From the NCBI GenBank assembly GCA_046563655.1, contig CM102290.1, positions 2,790,001 through 2,854,000 on the forward strand: a stretch of 64,000 nt of DNA. The letters run 5' to 3'. This document shows, piece after piece, positions 54,301 to 64,000 of the stretch. A program made the position numbers and the translations under genes. Numbering within the stretch: the stretch's first letter is position 1; every line of letters starts with the position of its first letter. Below the pieces are notes generated by a model that was not told the DNA's origin, made no database searches, and saw only the letters and a list, made by a program, of their open reading frames with translations. The stretch comes from Yuukianura sp. NJ FZ-2021. Its lineage: Eukaryota.

Positions 54301-57300
54301 CTTTTAGAATGACGTCATTTGCTAAATTGAATCCGTAATGAGTAGAACTGGTATTAAAACTGGCAGTTTCGCAAAAATCCTTGTAAACAAAAATTTTGAA
54401 GATTCCCACGCCGGACTCTTGTTGAATTTTGGACGTTCCATTCCCAGGCTATTTGGGTATGACGCTTAGCTACTTGGGGAACCATTTTATTGCAACTTTT
54501 AACTGCCTCGGTTTAAATTGCATTCAATGCTTAACAATTTGCAACGTTGCAAAAAATGGTCCAGGACCTACGTAATTCTCCTGCTATGCAATGTTATTAC
54601 TCCATGAATCAAAATTTAATTAATAGCTTTCACTTAGGCCATAACATGTCAAGGATTATAACACGCGGACCAATCAGGAATTGGATTGCTTCAAACAGAA
54701 ATTCCGTCAAACATAAAAACATACTACTAAACTAAACGTGCATTAAAAAGATATATGCAACTCTAATAAAACTTTTTTTTAGAAGAGTTGAAACCACAGC
54801 GAATTCCGAAAATCAAAAAAGTGAAAGTTTTTGAAAAATTGAACCTTCTAGATGCTGATTTCTGTGTCAAGTATGGATTGGAATAACAATAAACAAAGAG
54901 GTTTGGTGTTGCGCCTGCCAGCAATTAATTTAAACACAAACTTTTAATTTCGTTGTTATCGGATTGCATTGTGGAAATGAATTGCAACACTACTTACAAC
55001 TTCTCAAATTGCTCACTTTTGATTGATTTGTGCTTTTAAAGTGGATCGAATGTACTTTTGGTTGAATGAATGACGTGTCAGAATTTAAAAGTATTTGGAA
55101 AAAACAAAGGATTGATTCTATTGTTCCCGTGACTCATCTCTTGGAAAAGATAACAGAAAATTTGTGGTCTGTCGTCATCTTTTGCCCACTTATTCAGAAG
55201 AGATTTAAAACAGGAAATTCAGCATTCCTGACTTGTGTATACATAACACTACCACGTTGATCAAACTGCTGCTACTACTTTTTCATCTGCATTTGACTAA
55301 CAAAGCATAAGGGTATACACTTTTTCCAGGATATGATTTCAATGACACAGCACTGCATCAGAGGCAGAGAGAAACAAAATGTCATTTTATTTGAACTGTA
55401 CCGAAAGTTAGGCTAACTTCCTATAGAATCTAACAGTCCTCACAAACCTAACAACGCCTACTTCCGCTCACTTTGCTTGTAAACACACTTTACAAAACAT
55501 TGACTTTTGAATAAAAAGTTTGTCCAAATTTTAAACTTTCAAAAAGTAAAACAATTGAAAGGCTCAGTAGTTTCCAAAATTCATTTTCCCCAATGTCAAC
55601 GACCTCCTGAGGCTTTCGGAGCACAATGAACTAATCAAATTAAAGTTTGCTCACATTTTAGCATCTTTTTTTTAACAAATGACAACGTCCTCCCTCAAGT
55701 CATTTTGTTCAGACTTTGCAAAAAAAAAAAATTTCTTCGCAAATTTGATTTTGCAACAAAATAATTTCGGACAGGCTCTCTAGGCTGTCAGTAATGAAAT
55801 CCATATTTCACAAAATAATGTGTGCGAATCTGAACATTTTGTTCCTCGAGGAGCCGAAAAACAAAGGGGCAAATTTTAAAAAGAAATTTGCATTCCTTTT
55901 TTCCCATCAATTAACTTTAGCAATTTTGACAGAATTCGCAATTCTACAACAACCAAACGCATCACCAACAGTATTAGACTCTCATTCTAAGTTTGCACAA
56001 AACTTTTTTTTGCAACTGAGTCATATTATGTATAGTTTACTTCAACTAAAAAAGTTAGCAAAGTGGATTTGGTGTTAAAGTTTTTCTGTATTAAACGCAG
56101 CAAAAGAGAGGGGTGAAGTGTATAGTTTGTAAACCCACTTGGGTATGGATCTTACAACGTTAGAATGAAAATGGCAATTGCTCCTGAGTCAGTCAGGATC
56201 TGACACTCGACTGGGACACATTAGTCAACTGGACGCTTGTAACACGCAAGCAACTTTTCCAGCAAACTTTACAAAAATTTGATAAAAAATATTTTTTTGT
56301 TTCAAAAAAACAACAACTACAGTTCCGCATTTTTTAAAAAGTGTTTCTCAAGTGTTTCCAAGAGGTTCTTCTCCCCCCGAGATACAGAAAAAAGCAAGTT
56401 TCGTGCTCAAACTATTCAATTGACTTGAATTCAATTAACGAACGGAGGGAGTAACTACACCAAGTTAGACCTTAAGAAGTGCTTCTACAAAAAACACAGT
56501 TCCGTGTGGAATACTAAAATGGAACTTAGTTCTAATTACTTCCTAAATCTTAACTAACGTTACACCTAACAGCATTTAGTTAGTCAGCATAAGTTACAGT
56601 GTAACATTAACAACTGGAACGCCATTTTGGAAGTGACTGCAGTGGTAGTGATAAGCCTAGGAGTTACTATTTTCCTTGTTTGCCTTTAGATTAGTCCACT
56701 TTCCCTCGGTGACCTGGTGACCTCATCTTCGTCACACACAGTCATCGTCATCTTTATTTTGGATCTTTGACCTCAGTAGAAAGACTTCTTATTTTTGAAT
56801 CTGACCTCTACGCATGCGCTTTCTCAGAACTTGGGCGTCTGAAGCGGTCTTGGAATTACTAAGGTCAGAAATATAAAATGGTTCATTTTTGTTACACATT
56901 TAATTTTGAGAAAATTTGAAAAAAACAAACTTGAGAATAATTTTGATAGGCTTATGCTGAGTAATCCTGAGATTGAGTTCACCGTTAACTGAGTTTAGGA
57001 AGGACAAAATAACACTATATGATAAGTTGTATGCGGTCTAGATAAAGTGGGAAAGTGGAGATTGAAAAACAATAGAAAGGAAGTAAATGAAAATATCAAG
57101 TCAAAAACAAATGAATTACAACAGTTTTTACAATTTATGTCTTTCAGCCCTTAGCGTCCTGCGCACATTTGTGATTTTTGGTTAAACGCCTCAACAACTA
57201 CAGGTTCAATGTCAGTTTTTGGGAAATCGTGCAAAGCATGCCTTTTCACATGTCCATCCACTTGGTCAAGGTTCATCAAAGACGCTTCTTGACATGCCAA

Positions 57301-60300
57301 ACACTCGTGTCTAGTCCATGACTTTCTCTTCTAAGCTTTTAAGATAATAGGAAAGTGTCAATTTGTTATGAAGATCCAACATAAGATTTGAAATGGTTTG
57401 GGATGACGGTATCACCATTCTCCTGTGATCGAAATAAGTGTTGGCGTTTTTGGATGTTGGAAGTGGGCGGATTATGCTAAATCACAATGTCAAGAAGTCT
57501 CGTATGAAAGTATTTAGTATGCACAGAATTCTAAGTTAGGTTACATCAAAAACCATGACTCACAAAGATTTAAGAGGGAAAGGTCGAAAGTGTGAGTAGG
57601 GTTAGTCTGTACCCCTGGAAACCCATGGGTCAATGGAACAATTTGGGTATCTGATCTGTGATTTTGCAAAGCACAACTCTGGCATGCATGACCATCACAA
57701 TGAGTTCCATGCAAAGGAATAAGTTCAAAAACGTTTTAAAAAATTCACAACTTCAAACTTGCCGCCAAATTTAAAGTGCAGCAGGTTTCTTGGGCAGTAC
57801 TAATTGAAAGTATTTCCTTTTTAGGCGGGAAATTATTCTGGAAAATTAAATTTAAAAACTACAGAGCACTTTTGTTTTCGGATTAGTAAAAGTTATTACC
57901 ATTGAATTTAGAAAAAGAAGTTTCCCGTCACAAGAACCACAGGGAACTAGTGAACCTAGGAATGTCTCCGCGTGTTGCCCAGAAACCAATTTCAAAAATT
58001 CGCGCCGGTCAAACCCTGTTCAGGTGTTTTGAGACGGGCACTTTGGCATTGGAGTTCAAGTCAAGGTGAAAGACATAAATTGTTCCCGCTGCGACTTAAC
58101 AATGAGTCAAAATGGCGTCGTTATTCTTCTTAGAAGAGGAAAAAACTGGAATCTAATTTGAGATGATAATTTTCAAATGTGCTAATTTTAGCAATTAGTC
58201 ATCCACTTCTTATTGTCCATGTTCTACCGTACAAAATCATTTTTTAACTACTCTCAGAAAAATTATGCCCAATCTTCCAACTGCATGAATACTGTAACCT
58301 CCACATGCGTTTTTTTCTTATGAACTATGACTTGTTTGACCACTTTTTAACACACGATTATCATCGTCTCTCACTTTCAACAAGGTTGCAACAAGCCAAA
58401 AAATGGAAAAAGTCAAACTAGCTGACGGTCAGTCGTCATCGTATTTTGCAAATCGCATCATACCAAAAAAGTCATGTGACGTCAAACCTTCTTCCCCACT
58501 TACGATTCAACTGTCAATAATTGTTCAACTCCTTTAATTAATTTCCATTGCATAAGTTACTTACTACAACAAACCTTCTTGAAAAAAAAACGAACAACAA
58601 CATTTACTTGGAAATATTCCTACTCGAAAAAAATTTAAATGGTTTTAAACGCAAGACATTAGCAGAATGGGCAATTGAGGGGATGACGTAACCTTTATGA
58701 CGCCGCTGCTTATTTTCAAATCTTCAAAATCTTGGTTTTTGTTGATGCAAAAAAGTCATAAAATTCCTTTGTTAAAAAAATTGTTTATGTTCACACACTC
58801 AAGTTAAAGGAAGAAGGACACTTGGAAATTACAAACACAAAAAGACTACTTCAGATTGTCACTTTTAAATTTTAAAGAATCAGCAAATTTTGGTTTTCAA
58901 AATTCGGAAATCTAAAAAAAATTCTTGCTCATGACAGAAGCACAGGTGAACTAAATCTGACGTGGAATGCTTTATACGATTCTTTTTCATTTTCTTCAAG
59001 TGGCGAAAAAAAAACACTCTACCGTTTTGAAAATTTTTAGAACTGCGACACTTTCGTTTTCATTATGAACGGTTAGTTATTAATATCTTTGAGACTCCAA
59101 AGCAAAATTATCGTAACTGGTAGCATTAATTACATTAATTAAATTTCAAAAATGAAGATCATCATACTTAAGTTCCGTGTCTTGTTTGCTGTTTCATCCC
59201 ACTTTTTCTAAAAAAAAAAAAAAAAAACTTACATTCTTAAATTTAGCTTGAAGTTTAAATTTTTTTTTTAAAGAATGAAAAAAAAAGAATGTAGAAAGTG
59301 AACAATGCAGTGTATTCTTTGCTGCGCACGTGATTTTGATCTAACGTTTGTGGATGTAAAATGACCAATTTTTCTTACCGTCTTCACAAAATGACAATAA
59401 GATGTTCTGTGTTGTAAAACACGCCTAAATTATTCAGCACAAGCAGATTCTCAAAAGGAACAAAAAATGGTTATATAAGTGTGTAACAAAACGCTTTTCA
59501 AGGATTCTGTGTTTACAGGTCAATACGACTTGGATTTGCCCAATGAAAAAAAATCTTTCCAAACATAATTTTTCAAATTTTGTGAACTCAATGTGCAATG
59601 AATTGCAAGAATATTTTTTGTATAAACAAGAGAAATCGGCTGAAGTTTTAAAGTTGTTATGTAAATCTTGTAATTTTCAAAAATTTTGAAATTCTTACAC
59701 TTAATTAATCTACTATCAACAGTTTTCGTTTAAGGGTGACAAAGTTGAAAATGCGGATGGAATAAAAACACAAAAAGTGTAAATTGAACGTGGATGGTTC
59801 ATTAGTCTAAAAAATTGAAAATTGGAATTGGACAGTACAAGCACGAGTGCGCATGCACATGAAACACGAATTTGATTTAATTCGCAATTTTTTATTCTTG
59901 AAACGTTCCCTTGATCTTGTTAGAAACCCAAAGTTATCATCATCGCCATCATAAGAGTGAATCTTCTTTTTTAATTTTAACTTCTGCGCATATCATCTTG
60001 TAAGGTGCGAAGAGAAAGTGAAAGCAGCCGAAGATCTGCACAATCTTTGACTTTGACACATTCGTTTGGCACTTCATTGTTAGAGTGTCATGCATAGGCG
60101 CAGGAGAAATGAAGAAGTGTTAGGTGCGGCGCATGGTCTCTGAACGCGTGCCAACCAACATAACATTACATCTGGTTAGTTGCAGTTGAACGAATGAAGT
60201 AAAATGTTAAAAACGCAAGAGTGAAAAAAACTTGTTTTTAAAGCAGTATCATAATAATTTCACTTCGAAAATTTTGCAAGAAAAGCTAAACTTTTCTAGC

Positions 60301-60742
60301 AGAATTTGTTTTATTGAAGGATTTCAGTTTTCTATTGAATTTTTAAAAGTGGAAAAAGTGCTATGCAACTTTTTCTGAGAAATACAATGACAAGTGAGTT
60401 GTTAAAGTTAGACTCAAGGATGTTAGTTGAGAGGCGTCTTTTAGTGTAAACTATTGTTTTAAATGAATTCAATTCCAGTTAATTGTTAATCGATTTTCCA
60501 TTGAATCGTAAAAATTTATACAACTTGTTTCAGAGAATGATGTTCATTTTTTTTTGTTCATGGGTCAGTTGGCAACTGGTAAAACTAGAAGTTGGACTAA
60601 TTTTAGTACACTTTTTTTTGGCTTTGTAAAAATTAAAAATTTCGAAACTAAAATTAAATTAAGAACACGTTGCGCCTATCTTCTGTTCCATTTGGTTTAT
60701 TACATATTCAAACTGTAATTGATTTTTCTTGCTTTGTTTCAG

Positions 60743-60856
60743 GTGAAGGATTTTGAACAAAACAAAAATACAACAGAAAATCTTGAGAGGCAAAACGGGA
60801 TTCTGTATTGCGCAACGTCCATTTTTTTGTTCTTCTCAGATCAACAATAGAAACAG
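60743..60856 (+). other. Probable non-coding 5'UTR exon of the gene at 62838
   Basis: Strong acceptor ttttcttgctttgtttcag| and donor cag|gttagt; the next acceptor is tttttaag| at 62520. Confidence 0.45.
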
Positions 60857-62837
60857 GTTAGTGAACCTCAAAGGTGGAACTTTGGAATAAAATTTTGTTT
60901 TTGAAGAAGCCATTTTTCAAAAATTTGTGCCAAAAAATTCTAGAAATTTTTCTCCTTGCGTTGCCGTCCTTTAAATTTTTTTTTGGCAGTTTATGAAGAA
61001 AAATAGCGGAAGTGCGTTTACTTCCGTTACAACAAAAAATTGGAATGTTACCTTTGAATTTTTTGGCACACTTTGGCATTTGCTACTTTGCACAGAATAA
61101 TAACAAAAATTTACACCTAAACTTATGAACATTTTCATTAAAATTTTTGTGAAGTTTTTGCTTAACAAAAGAAACTATGCCCCTTGAGGAAGCCCCTCTA
61201 CGATGATTACGTAATTCCTAAAAGTTCAAAAGTTCTCTTTTTCTCACCCTAAATTCTTCAAATTGTTATTATATTCCTGTGTACAGGAATTGTGTACTTC
61301 CATTTCCGTTTCATTTTACCGCTAGTAATTCAAAAAAAAACATCATTTTGGAATCACACTGTACATTCATCAATTGTGTGAAAAAGTAAAGTCAGTTCTA
61401 ACATATTCTTTCCGTTTTCTTGAATGGAAGGCTACGATTGATATATTTTTGCAAGGAAATTATTATGTACAGCGTGATTCGTATCAGAATTGACTCGGTT
61501 GACCATGAATGGAGGTTGTTGATACTACATAACCTCTAATTACAAAAGAAGGAATTGTTAGGTTCATAGGTCACTGCGCAGACGCCGTCTTCTTTTTGTG
61601 TTACTCTGACCAGATCCTCTGAGCAGCCATTCTGTTAACTTGTGAGAAAATGGACGCATGTGTGAATTAGAGCAGAGCGTTTAGCAGCAGTTGCTGCTAC
61701 AGTTGATGCCAGATTCACCAAAATACAAATAATAATCAACAAGCGTAACTTCTTACTTTCTGAAGAAACGAAAGCTTCTTTTAGAAAAAGTTTAGGATAT
61801 GTTGGGTTATTTTTTCCCCTTGATGTGCTCAATTGAATTAGATCAACATTTAATAACTACTATGTGTGTTGGTCTTTCGTAAGTGTGACTGGATGACCTT
61901 TATGCCGTAATAGCAAAGGGTAGTCAACCAACGCATGCGTCCATTCAAGCAGAACGTAGCTATTTGTCACGTCCAGAAAAAAATGTCACAGCGCGTGCGT
62001 GCCATTGGTTCCAACACTTTGTGTCAATTATGGTCAAAAGTGTGAAGAAATACATAGGCTTTTGTTTACTGTCAAATTATGGGCGGGGTTTTGGAAAATT
62101 GTTGACGTTAAAAAGTAAAAAAAAAAAGAATTTAGGATTTTGACACTCACTCGCACACTCAATTATGAAGACCTAAAAAATTTTTGGTAAAAATTTGAAT
62201 TCAATTTCACAGATTCCGCAAGGGAATGGACACAAATTTTTGTGTCAATAGTTTAGGCAAAAAAGTTTTAGTAAAAAAATGCTACAAAAAATGTGAAATG
62301 TTGACACATTTTCTTTGTTTAGAAGAAAGAAAGGAAAGCTGTTGGAAATTTTCTATTTTAAGTAACCTCTGGTACAAAAGTACTAAAAATTGAAGGAATT
62401 ACATAAACTTTGAACATTAGAATAAACAATTGTTAGGGTGATGATGTGTCGGAGTTGACCTTCCGAGTGACCTCTTTGAACGCAAACGCTAAAACTAAAG
62501 TCTATTGTTTTATTTTTAAGGACTCTGGGAAATTGTTTATCTGTTCAAACGGACTATTAAACTGAGACGACATCGGACTTTGCTCCAGATCCCTTTTGGC
62601 TAAAGAAAGTCAAGGCAAAAACGCATTTGGTCGGATATAGAACTGTGTCATCAACACAACTGGTCACACAAGACGCGTTGAGGCACCACAATCTACACTG
62701 GTCACACACATCAAAGTCATTCGTTACGCCCAATTCCGCTTACACAGCAAACTAAAGTACTTCCTCTCGAAGAAATTGAGACCGAAAACTAAACAAAACG
62801 AGACCAAATCCTAAGATTTTTATCAAAATTTTGAAAA

Positions 62838-64000
62838 ATGTCAGACGTAGGCATAACTGAATCGGTCACAGCAGCTCCAATTGTGTCCAGACCACTTTCA
62901 CGTCACCTCTCCACACCACATTTGGAAACATTCCGTGTCACACGATCAGCCAGCAGCGTCACTCCAGTAAACAACTACGTCCAGCCCTATGGCACTCAGA
63001 CGCCAATGACGTCATTCGGTACATTCGGTTCGACTAAAAGTAAAGGCAGCGTTTGTCCAATTCAAGACGATCCGAATCCATATAGCGTCAGTAAAATTGA
63101 TGAATTTCGAATTCAGCTTCAAAATCCGTACCGAATGAGAACAAAATCCACCAATCAGATTAGTAGTTGCTCAGCATCAGAGCGCAGTAGCAGTGCCCAC
63201 TACTACCAAGAACTGGAGGACTACGACGGTGGAGACGGAGACAATGATGCGGAAGGTGCCCTTCAGGAAAGTGTCAACGATTTGACTCACAAATTTGTTC
63301 ATCTGCCAAACTTCTACGCAAGAAGCAGTTCTGGTAAAGTGACTAATCTTATCGTAACATGTCAAAGTCAATTGATTAAAACAAGAGTGCCAGGTATTAC
63401 ATAGGTTGAGGTAGTGAATCAGTCTTCAAAATACCACTTTTTGCAAAATAACGAGTTTCGAGTAACGTTGTTTTTCAAATTCCGGAAATTCCTTTTTTGA
63501 ATACATTTTTTTGAGAAAAATGGAAGGTAATGCGTCTTTTTTGTTTCAAAGCACTTCATTTTTTTTTCTAGAAAAAATGGAAGACAAGAAAAATTAGCCA
63601 AATTTTTTGACATGGAGGATTTTTTTGTCTAACTTTTTTTTTTCTTTTGATTAATTACAGGCGGATATGAAGAAATTCTGGATGCTGAAGGAGAGCTGAG
63701 TGGCGCAAGTTCTGAGGAATTGCCTCCACCTCCAAGCGAATCTTCTGAAGAGTATCATCATTCCCTAAGTATCGCGACATCTTCTGGGTCAGAAGGCATG
63801 AGTCCAATTCCACGAGATTTCAGTGACCCCGAAGCCCTCCCATCTCCGCCCCGAACCACGCCGACTTCAATCTCCCGCCAAGATCTGTTCCGTATTGAAC
63901 TGGCTCTCAAGGGACGCAAAACTGATATCTTCGTCTGCGATTCCCTGGCTAATCTGTACTACTTGAAGCCCAAGACGCCCGGAAGATCAAACAGCTCCAG
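62838..64000 (+). CDS. Unidentified protein, 3'-partial; Ser/Thr/Pro-rich disordered N-terminus followed by the start of a folded domain
   Basis: ATG in aaaaATGt context; exon 62838-63333 (or to 63393), both phase 1, joins the acceptor ttacag|63661. The frame stays open to the window end: ...ISRQDLFRIELALKGRKTDIFVCDSLANLYYLKPK. Confidence 0.75.

Overview
This is AT-rich eukaryotic, intron-containing DNA. It is most likely arthropod, inferred from insect-type protein motifs and many 55-90 nt GT-AG introns. It contains no prokaryotic systems such as CRISPR, operons, rRNA or tRNA. I reconstructed seven spliced genes by hand. (1) A soluble guanylyl cyclase beta subunit (+, 5' exons outside the window). 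(2) A glutaredoxin-domain cysteine-rich GRXCR-family gene (+). (3) Tyrosine hydroxylase (-). (4) A small orphan gene predicted to be tail-anchored, head-to-head with TH (+). (5) DEAF-1, with SAND and MYND domains (-). (6) A BRSK/SAD kinase (-). (7) The 5' part of an unidentified gene (+) running off the right edge. The most striking observation is at the sGC-beta stop, a leaky UGA-C. It is followed in frame by HKKKKRKSKECGPSSFCSLL*, a polybasic stretch plus CaaX box, with a 10-bp stem just downstream. This is a candidate readthrough switch between a soluble and a prenylated, membrane-bound NO receptor. The second observation is eight perfect paired AGGTCA nuclear-receptor elements (DR1-DR6 and an IR1/EcRE) across the window. 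All exon coordinates were read by eye and all homology calls come from recalled motifs, not database searches.
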